Positions 49,768 through 60,780 of a stretch of 64,000 nucleotides of DNA are shown piece by piece. The notes under the pieces are model-generated. The model was not told the origin of the DNA. It saw only the letters and a list, made by a program, of their open reading frames with translations, and did not search any database. The position numbers and the translations under genes are program-made. Positions within the stretch are counted from its first letter, which is position 1. Each line of letters opens with the position of its first letter. This DNA is from Shigella phage SSE1, in sequence record MK639187; one strand, given 5' to 3'.

Positions 49768-49955
49768 TGAAAGCTTATTTAGAAACAGTTATTGTAGCTA
49801 AGAAGGATGGTGGAGATGTTTCCACCTCTTGCTCTCAGATTATATTAGATTTTCCTAATAACGATTCCTATCGTATTTTTATGGGCAATTTTGATAAGTA
49901 CGAAAAAGGTCCTAATTTTGAAGTTTATCGTACTTTGCTCCCGATTGTGGATTAA
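49767..49955 (+). CDS. hypothetical small protein
   Basis: 62 aa from the ATG overlapping the ligase stop. Confidence 0.4.
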   Translation: MKAYLETVIVAKKDGGDVSTSCSQIILDFPNNDSYRIFMGNFDKYEKGPNFEVYRTLLPIVD

Positions 49956-49976
49956 GAGCCTTCGGGCTCTTTTTGG
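49955..49976 (+). terminator. intrinsic terminator, UUCG tetraloop hairpin
   Basis: AGAGCCTTCGGGCTCT followed by TTTTT. Confidence 0.7.
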
Positions 49977-50010
49977 CATAAATATAAATTATTACTAAAA
50001 GGAAAACACT

Positions 50011-52098
50011 ATGTCTGAACAATTAAATGAAGTGTTTGAATCTGAAGGCAGTCTTCCTGTCGTCAATTTGAACCCTAAAGCTAAAGTTCCACAAGTCTGG
50101 AAAATTGGTGATATCGATACAAACATCGTAGTTCGCTTATTCTCTTATCTTTCTGAAGGCGATGCTGTAAAACAAGTTAAACTTGGCGACAAATATGCTC
50201 ATGTTGTTATTATGAGTCTGTCTGAAAAGGGTAATCTCGCTGAATTGAAAAATGGCCTTGGTCCTGCTCCTATTGATGCAATCAACACTATTTTCAATAC
50301 AGTATATGAACAGGTTAAAGCTCTTCGTATGGATGCAGTTCTGTTCCGGTTCCCTACCAAGAAATTGAAAGGACGTGGACAACAGCTTCAAACTCTTCTT
50401 GCTCGTTTAGTTTCTACTAAAACTGGCGGTCGTTTTAAAGTATTGTCAGCAATGTATCAATTCACAGGTAAACACACCTATGTGATGATGGTTCGTAAAA
50501 ATGCCAACATTGAAGATATTAAAGGCATCCCTAACATTAACACAGAGTTGTACACGAAAGTAGATTCTGATGTTGGCGAAGTTTATGTGAGTAAAAAGAC
50601 TGGTGAAAAGGTCACCAAAGAAACGGCTATCGCTGGTTCTATTGCTGCTGTAGAAGAAAAACGTAAAGATAAGCCTGTTATTGCTCGTACTAAAATTTCT
50701 CGTCGTGCTATTGCAGCAAGTCAATCTTTAGAAGCTGACCGCCAAGAAGGTGAGTTATTCCAGAAATATGAAAATTCTGCTAAAGAAGTTAGTGGCCCAG
50801 CTACAGCCGAATTACTTCCTGAAGCATATGAAATCGTACTAGCCCAAGCATCATCCACAGCAAAAGGCACTTTAGTTGCTGATATCGAAAATAAGATTTA
50901 TAATCGTATTGATGAATCCTTTAAATTTGCTGATGAAGTTTCTTATGGTAGTGTTATTAAGCCATCTTTAGAAAAGTTTGCTAAGAAAATTAAAACTGAA
51001 AAAACAACATCTGTTAAAGCATTAGCTGCTTTTGTTGAAGCTGCAAATGAAATTGCAGACTCTATTAAAGACGAATGGTTTGAAGATTTTAGACGTGATA
51101 ATTTCCAACTGCCTGACGACGTTTTAGCTGAAGTATCTGAAAGAACTTGGAAACAACGTAAATCAGCGTTCTTGTCTAATGTGATGTATACTTATGCCAG
51201 AGAATCGGCTAGAGGCACCTTTAATATAACAATGAATCGGGACCCTAAACAATACTCTGTTGCTGAAAAACGAGCTATTCGTGAATATGCCTCTTCTGCG
51301 TATATCGATATCAATAATATGTTGTTAGGTCGTTATAAACCAGATTTTTACGATGTTGCAGATGAAGATGAAGTTAAACGCGCTATTGATGGTCTTGATT
51401 CGGCGTTTTTAAATGGAGACCGTTTACCTGAAGGACTAACGTTATATAGAGCTCAGTCTATCAGAATGCCTATTTACGAAGCAATGGTTAAAAATAAGGT
51501 ATTCTACTTCAGAAACTATGTTTCCACTTCACTAGCTCCTATTATTTTCGGTGGGTTTAAAGAGAACGTTGCCCTTGGACTTGCTCCTGAAGAAGTTCGC
51601 AAAGAGCTTAACATTGACAATAATGACGAAGGTGTTACTATTTCTCCGAGTCAAGTAAGAACAGCTATGCATGCACCAGAACAAATCCGTGTTAACGTTG
51701 GATGGGCTATTGATGGCGCCCATAAAGTTAACGTGATTTATCCAGGACAGTTGAGTAATCACCCTAATGAGCAAGAAATTATTTTGCCTAGAGGCATTCT
51801 CTTGCAGATAAATAAAATTACAGATGCGTCATCTGATACTGGTGCAGGTTTAGAATCCAACCTTAAATTTATTCAAGCTGAAGTCATGTCCTCAGACCAG
51901 TTAGATGAAGCTGTCATTTACGATGGTGATGTTCTCATGGAAACAGGCGAGGTGGTTGCTATGACGGGTGAAATCGAATCAGATGAGCCGGTATCGTTCT
52001 CCTCATTTGTAGAAAAAACTAGTGCTCCTAAAGGATTGAAATTGTTAGCATCTTTAATGGATTTAGAATCAGTTCCGTTTAAATTTGTCCAAGGATAG
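50011..52098 (+). CDS. alt: Alt ADP-ribosyltransferase (head-packaged)
   Basis: 695 aa; N-terminus MSEQLNEVFESEG...; R, STS and E-x-E type catalytic motifs (YRAQSIR, VSTSLAP, EQEIILPRG); T4 Alt is 682 aa. Confidence 0.85.
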   Translation: MSEQLNEVFESEGSLPVVNLNPKAKVPQVWKIGDIDTNIVVRLFSYLSEGDAVKQVKLGDKYAHVVIMSLSEKGNLAELKNGLGPAPIDAINTIFNTVYEQVKALRMDAVLFRFPTKKLKGRGQQLQTLLARLVSTKTGGRFKVLSAMYQFTGKHTYVMMVRKNANIEDIKGIPNINTELYTKVDSDVGEVYVSKKTGEKVTKETAIAGSIAAVEEKRKDKPVIARTKISRRAIAASQSLEADRQEGELFQKYENSAKEVSGPATAELLPEAYEIVLAQASSTAKGTLVADIENKIYNRIDESFKFADEVSYGSVIKPSLEKFAKKIKTEKTTSVKALAAFVEAANEIADSIKDEWFEDFRRDNFQLPDDVLAEVSERTWKQRKSAFLSNVMYTYARESARGTFNITMNRDPKQYSVAEKRAIREYASSAYIDINNMLLGRYKPDFYDVADEDEVKRAIDGLDSAFLNGDRLPEGLTLYRAQSIRMPIYEAMVKNKVFYFRNYVSTSLAPIIFGGFKENVALGLAPEEVRKELNIDNNDEGVTISPSQVRTAMHAPEQIRVNVGWAIDGAHKVNVIYPGQLSNHPNEQEIILPRGILLQINKITDASSDTGAGLESNLKFIQAEVMSSDQLDEAVIYDGDVLMETGEVVAMTGEIESDEPVSFSSFVEKTSAPKGLKLLASLMDLESVPFKFVQG

Positions 52099-52127
52099 TT
52101 TACAAACACATGGATGTGTGATACTAT
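52098..52127 (+). promoter_or_regulatory. early promoter (GTTTACA, TACTAT) overlapping the alt 3' end
   Basis: 18-bp spacing; CACAT/ATGTG inverted repeat between the elements. Confidence 0.45.
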
Positions 52128-52156
52128 CATCTCATCAACAACATGAGGAAAACGTT

Positions 52157-52450
52157 ATGAAATCTATGCTTCGCTTTAATGGTCAAGAACTAGTAGTTGA
52201 AGATGTTATCCCAGCGGATGATGCTTTTAACGAAGCTGTGATTGACGAATTGAATCGAGTATTCCCAGGTGCATTCCATATTGCTATGGAACCTCTTAAA
52301 AACTTTCGTGACCCTGAGCACACTGATCAAATTTTTGTCGGTGTAGTGACAGGTCATTTAGAAACAGAGGTACCAATGGTCGTATTAGTTAAATACTCTA
52401 AAGATGATACTCCATTCAGAGCACCAGCATTCCTTTCATTCCGTAAATAA
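52157..52450 (+). CDS. hypothetical protein
   Basis: 97 aa from the ATG at 52157 with GAGGAAA spacer. Confidence 0.45.
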   Translation: MKSMLRFNGQELVVEDVIPADDAFNEAVIDELNRVFPGAFHIAMEPLKNFRDPEHTDQIFVGVVTGHLETEVPMVVLVKYSKDDTPFRAPAFLSFRK

Positions 52451-52459
52451 ACCCCTAAA

Positions 52460-52483
52460 GGGAGACGTTGTCTCCCTTTTTCT
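52460..52483 (+). terminator. intrinsic terminator at the convergent junction with gene 54
   Basis: GGGAGACGTTGTCTCCC followed by TTTTTC. Confidence 0.65.
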
Positions 52484-53445
52484 TATAGTCCTAAAACTCT
52501 TGACGCAGAATTCACAACACCTGTCAATGTGTTTATATTAGACACACCACCAGCAGTCCCACCTAATCTAGAAAGTCTTGATACTGCACTTCCTAGTCCA
52601 GAATCATTCTGATTATTTCCAAACATTCCTGAAACACTACTAATAAGTCCTGATTCCAGCCATTCTAAAGCAGCCTGTCTATTTACAGCACCTGATTGCA
52701 TAACGCGATAAGCAAATGTTACGTCAAAAACTGTTATCTGATTATCACCATCATACGTTAACTCAGGAGAAGAGACACTAACAGGAATACATCCGGTGAA
52801 CATGACAGCGGTATGTGGTAAACCATTTCGTGCATGTAAATTAACCTGAATATCTGCTTCGACGTCTTGTGGTAAAGCACGAAGACCTGTTACAGGGTCT
52901 TGGACTGAGTTTACCCAGTCTTGCATTGCTCTAAAGTTAGATGCTTCAGAATCCATTCTAAAGCTTATTACTAACGGGTCCATTTCACGACCGGTAATTC
53001 GGATGTTCGGGGAGTTATAGTTGAAATCCGTTTCATACGATAATCGGTTCTCAGGCATTTTTACAGAATAAATCATTAAACCTGTATTATTATATGCCAT
53101 ATTGAAGAAGTCTATCAGATAAGCTCCTACTGTGAACTCACCTAACAAGCTTTGTACCGTACGTTGACTCATTGCTCCAATCAGATATTTACTTATACCT
53201 GATTTTCGAATTAATTTCTGTGTTCCTGCTGTAATCAGGGTTGTTACTCCCTGATTGATATCACCTTGAGACAATCCTAGCCAATCTGAATCCAACCCTA
53301 AGTTATTATAAGCAAAACTACCAATTGACGAAATTAGTGAAGACGATTTGGTTGATGGTGTAGTAGCAAATACACAACTAAACATATTGTTTCGTTGGAA
53401 ATCTGCATTTATAGCTTGGTTATTAAATTCTTCTAAAGAGTACAT
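52483..53445 (-). CDS. 54: baseplate tail-tube initiator gp54
   Basis: 320 aa, same length as T4 gp54; position in the 54-48-29-28-27-51 cluster. Confidence 0.85.
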   Translation of the reverse strand: MYSLEEFNNQAINADFQRNNMFSCVFATTPSTKSSSLISSIGSFAYNNLGLDSDWLGLSQGDINQGVTTLITAGTQKLIRKSGISKYLIGAMSQRTVQSLLGEFTVGAYLIDFFNMAYNNTGLMIYSVKMPENRLSYETDFNYNSPNIRITGREMDPLVISFRMDSEASNFRAMQDWVNSVQDPVTGLRALPQDVEADIQVNLHARNGLPHTAVMFTGCIPVSVSSPELTYDGDNQITVFDVTFAYRVMQSGAVNRQAALEWLESGLISSVSGMFGNNQNDSGLGSAVSRLSRLGGTAGGVSNINTLTGVVNSASRVLGL

Positions 53446-54554
53446 TAGAAAGTCCCCGCATAAAGTGAAGAACGGTTTAATGTAATAATTTCTCGCATTG
53501 TTATCTCTAACGTAAATGTTGATGGTAAGTTAGGAGCAACAGCAAGACCATTAAATTGTCCATTTGGAGTTTTATCAAAACGTACGCTTTGAATTTGACA
53601 TGGGCCAAATACGTCAGTTAATCCATCAAATTTAGACGTATAACCAAAGTTTTTAACCATCCAAATTGTAGGGTTGCTTACAACTAATACGTTTGTTAAT
53701 GACGCAGTAATCTTTTCAAACAATGTCTTATTTTTTACTGCATCGTCTGGTGTCATAGGCTCAATAAACGTTGAACGGTACCATTCGTCTAAATAACTTT
53801 TAATCTCTTGGGCGTACTGTGATTTACCGGTCTCACCATATGAGAAATAGTTAAAATACTGGTAAATGTTTATAATAGCCATAAGGTCTTCAGTTGAACG
53901 CGGAGTTAAATCCCATGTAAAGACTTTAGTACGGTTCTCAGCACCGCCATACATACTACGAGAAGTCGTATAAATCTGTTCGTTATTATCAGCCATAAGC
54001 CCTTGAGTAATAGAATCTAATGCACCAAAAACTGCAGTAGAAGCAATGTTACTTAAAACACCTGTAGCAGCACCTCCACCTTTAGTAATAAGACTATCAC
54101 CGATATCATTAAAACGATGTGAAGTTGTATCAACGTCAGATTTGGAACGTGGCAAAAGTATATTAGCAACAGGAGTTTTATTTATAGTAGGTTTATTAGC
54201 TCCGGCAGGAAGCAACCCATTAGAGAATTTAGTCACTGCATCTTTCACATTATCAGTTAAATCTGATATGATACCGTTAGATGAAGTGCCGGCGTATGCC
54301 GGACGTAAATTCCTGAGGGATCCTGAATCGCGTGCAGACATATTGTACGCGGTAAATAATAATCCGTTCTTATAAAGGTCTGTTACCTGGAAGTCTCCTG
54401 TGGAGTCATTTCCGGCTGCTCTTCCTGTAGGAAATTGAGCAACATAAGTTTTAGTAGTTGTTTCGGTTTTAGTGCTTTGCCCGGCACTTTCTGAGACTGG
54501 GATTGCTTTATTTAAATCCTTTGCATCTACTACTATTTCTTTTACACTAATCAT
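53445..54554 (-). CDS. 48: baseplate tail-tube cap gp48
   Basis: 369 aa (T4 gp48 is 364 aa); synteny. Confidence 0.85.
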   Translation of the reverse strand: MISVKEIVVDAKDLNKAIPVSESAGQSTKTETTTKTYVAQFPTGRAAGNDSTGDFQVTDLYKNGLLFTAYNMSARDSGSLRNLRPAYAGTSSNGIISDLTDNVKDAVTKFSNGLLPAGANKPTINKTPVANILLPRSKSDVDTTSHRFNDIGDSLITKGGGAATGVLSNIASTAVFGALDSITQGLMADNNEQIYTTSRSMYGGAENRTKVFTWDLTPRSTEDLMAIINIYQYFNYFSYGETGKSQYAQEIKSYLDEWYRSTFIEPMTPDDAVKNKTLFEKITASLTNVLVVSNPTIWMVKNFGYTSKFDGLTDVFGPCQIQSVRFDKTPNGQFNGLAVAPNLPSTFTLEITMREIITLNRSSLYAGTF

Positions 54555-54562
54555 AATAATCC

Positions 54563-56335
54563 TTAATTAACACCGGTGGCATGGAAAATTCCAGGAGCCG
54601 TTGTACTTGTTACAGGGGTCATATTCTGGACTACGGTATTCTTTTTGACGACATTATTTGTGTTACTAATCGCCGCTACCGGTTGCTGTTGTTTAGATTC
54701 AGAAGCACGTCCTTTCTCTATTGACTGAACTTGTTTTGCTTCCGAAGATTTAGACGAAGATTCAGGCTTAACTGTTGTCTGAGCCTTTTTGGCTTCAGCC
54801 ATTTTATTATTTAGCTTTTCAAATCTAGCATCTAATTCCTTTTTAACAACAGGAGTTTTATTAAGTTCAGGGTCTTTAATAAGTTTACTTAAATCAGCAT
54901 AAGACTTCTCGACGTTTTTAGCATTTTCCGGATTAGTCATATCGATTTTATCGATATAATCCTCAAATCTAACCAGTGCCGCACGAGTTTCATTAGCTTT
55001 TATATACGCCTCTTTACGCTCCTCTTCAGGTAACTCTTTTAATTTTGCTGATTCCGCAGCACGCTCATCGCTTGTACTAAACTCTTCTTTATTGTCATTA
55101 CCACGAACCCAGTTAGTAACGAATGTTTTGCCGCGTTGTAACATATCAAGACCTTTAGAAACGGTTCCTAATTCCCCATCGTCACGCTTCATTTGATATT
55201 TAGCGACTTTCTCTTGGTCTTCTTTCTTTAATTTGTTTCCAGTAGTTTCTTGGAATCCTTCCAAAGCACGTCCTTCTATTTCGTCCGCGGTATCGCCAAA
55301 ACCTATAGCACGCAATATAGACGCAGAGAGTTTAGCCATTCCTAATTGAATTAGTTCACCTAAGTTCATTAATGCTGTTCCTACACCTTTGACAATAGCA
55401 ACGGTTAAACCACCCCAGTCTCCAGCTTCCCACAATTGTTTTATCGAGTCAATAGAAGTGAATATATCACTTAAGAATTTACCCCACTCTTTAGCTTCAT
55501 CGGAGAATTTAGTAAAGTTTTCATCAAATAAATCCCAGGCAGAAGTGAACTTGTCTGTCCAATATTTGAAATGGACTATCAATAAATCAATACCGATAAC
55601 AATACCAAGAATAAGCGCGGCCATTTTTGCTGCTTCAATAGCAGCCGTTATAGTGTATTTGAAAAGCATTCCAGCAATTCTGTCTGAAATTGATATTGAT
55701 TTATTAAACCCGGTTTGAACCGTTTTGGTGAGCATTGCAATTTTATCGCTCAATTTAAAGCTAATCCCGCCTTTAGAATCGGAAGTAGAATTATCGCTTT
55801 CTTGAACCGGTGCTGGGAAGAAATCTTCGTCTGGCTTATTATCAATCTTTTCAGGTGTAGGTAATGCTTTAAACAACTCATCAGAAGTTTCGTTATCAAC
55901 CACTTTAACAGGTATTGCGTTCTCAATTGCTTCAAGAGAGGTGCCTCCTGTATTTTGAATAGCGGTAGATGTTTGTAATTTTTGCTCTAATAATGTAGCT
56001 AATCGGTCTAACTTAGAGCTTATTGCACTAGAAACTTCGTTTATACTTTTAGTGACTTCAGTTTGTTTTTCAATAACTTCTGCGATAAGCTCTGTGCCTT
56101 CAGCAGTATTATCTGTCGAATTCTTTAAGTCTCCAATTGATTCAATAATTCCATTGCCTTTATCTTCTACACTTTGTGATGTGAGTTCAGACGCGGCTTG
56201 GACATCGTCTAGTTTTGATGAAATATCATTCAATGCTTCTAATGAATCAGTAGCTGCTGTTGCAGCTACTTTTTGTGGTTTATTATCGGCAATGACCTTA
56301 TTTCTACGCATGGATTTCATTTCTTCAGGTTTCAT
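54563..56335 (-). CDS. 29: baseplate hub / tail length tape-measure protein gp29
   Basis: 590 aa, same length as T4 gp29; extended coiled-coil composition. Confidence 0.85.
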   Translation of the reverse strand: MKPEEMKSMRRNKVIADNKPQKVAATAATDSLEALNDISSKLDDVQAASELTSQSVEDKGNGIIESIGDLKNSTDNTAEGTELIAEVIEKQTEVTKSINEVSSAISSKLDRLATLLEQKLQTSTAIQNTGGTSLEAIENAIPVKVVDNETSDELFKALPTPEKIDNKPDEDFFPAPVQESDNSTSDSKGGISFKLSDKIAMLTKTVQTGFNKSISISDRIAGMLFKYTITAAIEAAKMAALILGIVIGIDLLIVHFKYWTDKFTSAWDLFDENFTKFSDEAKEWGKFLSDIFTSIDSIKQLWEAGDWGGLTVAIVKGVGTALMNLGELIQLGMAKLSASILRAIGFGDTADEIEGRALEGFQETTGNKLKKEDQEKVAKYQMKRDDGELGTVSKGLDMLQRGKTFVTNWVRGNDNKEEFSTSDERAAESAKLKELPEEERKEAYIKANETRAALVRFEDYIDKIDMTNPENAKNVEKSYADLSKLIKDPELNKTPVVKKELDARFEKLNNKMAEAKKAQTTVKPESSSKSSEAKQVQSIEKGRASESKQQQPVAAISNTNNVVKKNTVVQNMTPVTSTTAPGIFHATGVN

Positions 56336-56865
56336 TCAAGCAATCCAATAATTTCTGCTATACCCTTAATAGGGCCATTAGGGCCTGGAATAGCAATAGT
56401 TGTCGAAAGGTCTTCTGCCCATTTGATTACAAAAGCAGGCATCTCAAGGAAAGAAATTTCTTTCTCTTCGTCATTAACTTTTATTAAGCAATTTGATAGC
56501 ATTTCACTGATTGTAGCGAATTGTTCAAATTTGCCTGGGGGTCTAAAATAAAAAGTATTACCTTGAAATTGGAATTCTGTTCGTTGGCATACATAGACGT
56601 CATCTAGTTTATAAATGAATCCATCTTTTTCAACTTCAGACTTAAGTTTGTTATTAAATTCCAATATATGTAGACATGCAAAATCAAAATCTGCTGGACT
56701 CATATTTTTACAAATAGAATCAGCTAAGATTTTCATGTTTTCATCAGGGCCTTTAACGTCCTTTAAAAGATTATAATGTTTGAGCCCTAATTTGGGAATC
56801 ATTACCTTTTTATTAGACTGTGGTAGAATTATTTTCTTTAGAGGTAGAATCAGATTTAAGTTCAT
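56332..56865 (-). CDS. 28: baseplate hub distal subunit gp28
   Basis: 177 aa, same length as T4 gp28; the N-terminal 17 codons overlap the gp27 3' end, so the true start may be an internal Met. Confidence 0.75.
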   Translation of the reverse strand: MNLNLILPLKKIILPQSNKKVMIPKLGLKHYNLLKDVKGPDENMKILADSICKNMSPADFDFACLHILEFNNKLKSEVEKDGFIYKLDDVYVCQRTEFQFQGNTFYFRPPGKFEQFATISEMLSNCLIKVNDEEKEISFLEMPAFVIKWAEDLSTTIAIPGPNGPIKGIAEIIGLLE

Positions 56866-57985
56866 TTTTAACCTTAACTGGGTTAACAGGTTCTAACACC
56901 ATTGAGTTGGTAAACATGTACAGATGAGTTTGTGAGTTGTTATTTGATAACTCATGAATAACTTCATCCACGTAAAATTCGGATTTGAATTGGTTCTTTT
57001 GGTCGACAAATATAATTTTAGTAGCAGGCGTTATGTTAAAATTACCTGTAGTAGTGCATTTAGCATATCCGTCATATTGAGCCATTGTCTGAAGACGACT
57101 TGCTTCTTCAAATCCATTACGATAGGTCATTTCGGAATATCCACCTGATCTTGACACAAGAATAGCATTATCACCATCACCTGTAACAATAACCGGAATA
57201 GATGTATCTAAAAATGAATGAGCGAATATCGTGGCGTTTTTAATAGGGTCTCTTGTAAATTGGTTAGCTTTAGTCATCCAGGTGAAATCCCATACTAATG
57301 GATACTCAAGCTCTTGAATATACTGACCTACAGTATTTGGCTCACCTACAATCATCTTAATGCCTTCCTGACCAATAAGAGTATCATAGTCAATCATGTT
57401 TACGCCTAAAATATCTTGCCATACGAATACGAACTTATCACTCGCTGTAGCAAGTCCTAATTCTCTGACATATGCCAAATAATCATCAAATGTGCTTGTC
57501 CAAGGAATATCAGGAACATAAGCATTAATAGTGTTTATTGGCGGAGTAATTAACGTACGGTCTTTATATATGACACCTAACATTTCACGTATAGATTCTC
57601 CTGCGTCTGAGAAGAATGGTCGCCCAAATTTAAGGTTCTCTATAGAATGTATTGTTCCAAGCTCAATTGCAATAATATTGTCACCTTTTGAGTCCACAGA
57701 CACAGAATAATGTCTACATCCATAAATTCGAGTTCTAACTTGGAGAGGTGTGTTTGAATTTGAAACAGAGATTTGGACTATCTGTCTACCATCCATTTTG
57801 GTGTGGATGTTTTTAGTGTCATAAAATTGAAGAATCCCTTCATTTCTTCCATATAGCGAATCTCGCATGGTTAAAGTTGTTATTGTTGCTGCGAGTTCAA
57901 CATATCTATTTTCTTGCCAAGCCGAATAATCTTGATATAATTTAACGCTTAAGTTAGGATATCCTGGACGTTGGAATACTGTCAT
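56813..57985 (-). CDS. 27: baseplate hub subunit gp27
   Basis: 390 aa (T4 gp27 is 391 aa); synteny. Confidence 0.85.
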   Translation of the reverse strand: MTVFQRPGYPNLSVKLYQDYSAWQENRYVELAATITTLTMRDSLYGRNEGILQFYDTKNIHTKMDGRQIVQISVSNSNTPLQVRTRIYGCRHYSVSVDSKGDNIIAIELGTIHSIENLKFGRPFFSDAGESIREMLGVIYKDRTLITPPINTINAYVPDIPWTSTFDDYLAYVRELGLATASDKFVFVWQDILGVNMIDYDTLIGQEGIKMIVGEPNTVGQYIQELEYPLVWDFTWMTKANQFTRDPIKNATIFAHSFLDTSIPVIVTGDGDNAILVSRSGGYSEMTYRNGFEEASRLQTMAQYDGYAKCTTTGNFNITPATKIIFVDQKNQFKSEFYVDEVIHELSNNNSQTHLYMFTNSMVLEPVNPVKVKNELKSDSTSKENNSTTV

Positions 57986-58734
57986 TTTTTATGGTCCTTT
58001 TCTACTAATGTTAAAGCAATACCACGTTCAACAGGAATCATTTGCATAATAGAATCCAATGTGTATTGACTCTTTACAAGTGAATGGTTTATCTGATAGA
58101 ATGTAAAAATCTCATCAGGGTTAACTAACAATTTAAAAACCTCTAAGATATCAGTATATGTTTTAACATGACGTTCACAACAACCTAATCTAAGGGTCAA
58201 ATTAATAGGATTCATAGAAGCAATAACCTTCTCAAGAGAGTCAATGTCTATTGCTTCTATTACTTGGATTTGGTTCTCTTCAGTCAAATCATTCCATGGG
58301 TACCATTCATCATTATAATATATTTCTTTTATGTTTTCACTTATCATTAATGCTTTATTGTCATAAAACTTTTCAGGGAAAGAAAAACGTATTTTTATAC
58401 CAGCAACATCAAGTTCAGGTTCGACTAGTTCTTTTTGATATATCTCAAATGGTGCAGTTTTTTCTTTAGAGCATTTAGGGCAAGTGAAAATAACGGGAAC
58501 TTTTGTTTTGCCTATAGAGCCTGCAAAAACTTGCAGGAATATAAATGGTTGCCATGTTTTAGGGTACTCGCCAAAATAATCATCAATCAGATCGGCAATT
58601 ATTTCTTTTTGTTCTTGTGGCGAACGATGTTCGATATCATTTCTAACTAGTAAAAAGTCTCTATAATCCGCTACGGTGAACGGCTTGAAACGATGAACAC
58701 CATCCGGTAATTTACAACGAATTATATTAGCCAT
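57982..58734 (-). CDS. 51: baseplate hub assembly catalyst gp51
   Basis: 250 aa (T4 gp51 is 249 aa); synteny. Confidence 0.8.
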   Translation of the reverse strand: MANIIRCKLPDGVHRFKPFTVADYRDFLLVRNDIEHRSPQEQKEIIADLIDDYFGEYPKTWQPFIFLQVFAGSIGKTKVPVIFTCPKCSKEKTAPFEIYQKELVEPELDVAGIKIRFSFPEKFYDNKALMISENIKEIYYNDEWYPWNDLTEENQIQVIEAIDIDSLEKVIASMNPINLTLRLGCCERHVKTYTDILEVFKLLVNPDEIFTFYQINHSLVKSQYTLDSIMQMIPVERGIALTLVEKDHKK

Positions 58735-58751
58735 AATTACTCCTTTTCTAT

Positions 58752-58763
58752 TATTTATAAATA
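58752..58763. promoter_or_regulatory. overlapping divergent late promoters (TATAAATA on both strands) for genes 51 and 26
   Basis: TTATTTATAAATA contains TATAAATA on the - strand (58752-58759) and on the + strand (58756-58763). Confidence 0.65.
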
Positions 58764-58781
58764 CACAATAAAGGAGTTAAC

Positions 58782-59408
58782 ATGTACAAATATACGTTTA
58801 CCGTACGTTTAGGCGATAAAGAAGTGAATTGTAGAGCCTTTACTTTAAAAGAATATTTAGGACTCATAGGTGCGCGGGCTACCGGTACTATTGAATCCGC
58901 AGTGAACAATATTATCACTAATTGTTCTAACGCTAAAAACTTGACTAAACAAGAAGCCGAGTTATTGTTGGTAAATCTTTGGGCACATTCATTAGGTGAA
59001 GTTAATCAAGAACACACCTGGAATTGTTCCTGTGGGCATTCATTTCAAGTCTATATGAATTTATTGCACACTCAATTGGATGAACAGGCCGATCCCTGGT
59101 ATTCGTTTAGTGGTATTAAAATTAAGTTCCGTCAACCTAAATTATTTGACGATAAAAATATCGCATTAATGATTGCTTCATGTATTGAGGCTGTTTTTGT
59201 CAATGGAGAGTCCATCCCTGTTGAAGATTTAACTGAAGCAGAAATAAACGACCTTTACGGTCTTATAACAGAAGATGACATGATCAATATTAAAAATCTT
59301 TTGGTATCGCCGTCAATTTATCTGGCAACCCCTATTAAATGTCCCAAATGTGGGGCGACACACGTTCACACAATACGAGGCCTCAAAGAATTCTTTGAGT
59401 TACTATAA
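58782..59408 (+). CDS. 26: baseplate hub subunit gp26
   Basis: 208 aa, same length as T4 gp26; synteny. Confidence 0.85.
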   Translation: MYKYTFTVRLGDKEVNCRAFTLKEYLGLIGARATGTIESAVNNIITNCSNAKNLTKQEAELLLVNLWAHSLGEVNQEHTWNCSCGHSFQVYMNLLHTQLDEQADPWYSFSGIKIKFRQPKLFDDKNIALMIASCIEAVFVNGESIPVEDLTEAEINDLYGLITEDDMINIKNLLVSPSIYLATPIKCPKCGATHVHTIRGLKEFFELL

Positions 59409-59806
59409 TGTCTAATATCAATAAACTTTATTCAGATATCGACCCAGAAATGCGTATGGATTGGAACAAGGACGTTGCTCGTTCTGTAGGACTTCGTTCT
59501 ATTAAAAATAGTCTTCTTGGCATAGTGACAACTAGAAAAGGCTCACGCCCCTTCGACCCTGAATTTGGATGCGATTTGGTCGACGAACTTTTCGAGAACA
59601 TGACACCGCTTACAGCCGATACGATTGAGCGTAATATCCAGGCAGCCGTCCGTAACTATGAGCCACGCATCGACAAACTTTCTGTAAGTGTAACGCCAGT
59701 ATATGATGACTATACGGTTATAGTAGAGATTAGATTTTCGGTCGTAGATAACCCTGATGATATCGAACAAATTAAACTTCAGTTAGCGTCAAGCAATAGA
59801 GTGTAA
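59408..59806 (+). CDS. 25: baseplate wedge subunit gp25
   Basis: 132 aa; MSNINKLYSDIDPEMRMDWNKD...IKLQLASSNRV matches recalled T4 gp25 (132 aa). Confidence 0.9.
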   Translation: MSNINKLYSDIDPEMRMDWNKDVARSVGLRSIKNSLLGIVTTRKGSRPFDPEFGCDLVDELFENMTPLTADTIERNIQAAVRNYEPRIDKLSVSVTPVYDDYTVIVEIRFSVVDNPDDIEQIKLQLASSNRV

Positions 59807-59886
59807 TGCTTCAAGGCAACCTATGTATAATGGTTTTAGGTCCTTCCGATACAGCCGGGAGATTATTAGTTAAAAGAGAGAATATT

Positions 59887-60300
59887 ATGAAGCTGGAAGA
59901 TTTACAGGAAGAGTTAGACGCAGACTTAGTTATTGATACGACAAAGTTGCAATACGAGACGGCGAATAATGTTAAGTTATACAGCAAATGGCTACGTAAG
60001 CACTCATTTATTCGTAAAGAAATGTTGCGTATAGAGACTCAGAAGAAAACTGCTCTAAAAGCAAGATTAGACTACTACTCGGGACGAGGTGACGGTGATG
60101 AATTCAGTATGGACCGATACGAGAAATCTGAAATGAAAACTGTCCTGGCTGCAGATAAAGATGTGCTTAAAATAGAGACTACTTTACAATACTGGGGAAT
60201 TTTACTTGAGTTCTGTAGTGGTGCACTTGACGCAGTTAAGTCTCGTAGTTTTGCACTTAAACATATCCAGGATATGCGAGAATTTGAAGCGGGGCAATGA
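59887..60300 (+). CDS. uvsY: UvsY recombination mediator
   Basis: 137 aa from the internal ATG at 59887 (MKLEDLQEEL...); matches recalled T4 UvsY (137 aa). Confidence 0.88.
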   Translation: MKLEDLQEELDADLVIDTTKLQYETANNVKLYSKWLRKHSFIRKEMLRIETQKKTALKARLDYYSGRGDGDEFSMDRYEKSEMKTVLAADKDVLKIETTLQYWGILLEFCSGALDAVKSRSFALKHIQDMREFEAGQ

Positions 60301-60524
60301 TGCGTTATTCAATTGAAGATGCCTTTAATAATGATGAAGAATTTGAAACTGAAATTAAATTCTTAATGGAAAAGTATCGTCTACGTCGTCAGGATATTCG
60401 TATCCTGGCAGACCATCCTTGTGGCGAAGACGTCCTTTATATTAAAGGGAAGTTTGCTGGGTATATCGACGAGTATTTTTATACAAAAGATATGGGTATC
60501 GATATGTGTATGCGAGTTGTATAA
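60297..60524 (+). CDS. hypothetical small protein
   Basis: 75-aa ORF; start overlaps the uvsY stop. Confidence 0.45.
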   Translation: MMRYSIEDAFNNDEEFETEIKFLMEKYRLRRQDIRILADHPCGEDVLYIKGKFAGYIDEYFYTKDMGIDMCMRVV

Positions 60525-60556
60525 ATAGATATGTAATTTCAACTTAGGAGGCAATC

Positions 60557-60724
60557 ATGTCAGATAAGATTTGTGTTGTCTGTAAAACTCCAATCGATTC
60601 TGCATTGGTTGTTGAAACAGACAAAGGACCGGCACATCCTGGTCCTTGTTATAATTATGTCCAACAAATGCCGGTTTCAGAAAGTTCAGAAGAGCAATTG
60701 AACGAAACCCAACTTTTACTATAG
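60557..60724 (+). CDS. small zinc-binding protein (CxxC plus downstream Cys/His)
   Basis: 55-aa ORF below the track cutoff with AGGAGG spacer; MSDKICVVCKTPIDS...HPGPCYNY. Confidence 0.5.
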   Translation: MSDKICVVCKTPIDSALVVETDKGPAHPGPCYNYVQQMPVSESSEEQLNETQLLL

Positions 60725-60749
60725 TGTTACCTTTTTTGCCTATGGTTTT

Positions 60750-60778
60750 GGCCCTTCCAAAAAGGTCGGGCCTTTTTT
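60750..60778 (+). terminator. hairpin plus T-run at the convergent junction with uvsW.1
   Basis: GGCCC...GGGCC stem followed by TTTTTT. Confidence 0.45.
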
Positions 60779-60780
60779 AA

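Noticed and set aside
56813-56865. Programmed frameshift or fusion between gp27 and gp28 suggested by the 53-nt overlap
   Set aside because: The genes are on the same strand but in different frames, with no slippery heptamer visible; more likely gp28 starts at an internal Met (for example [10 protein letters not shown]).
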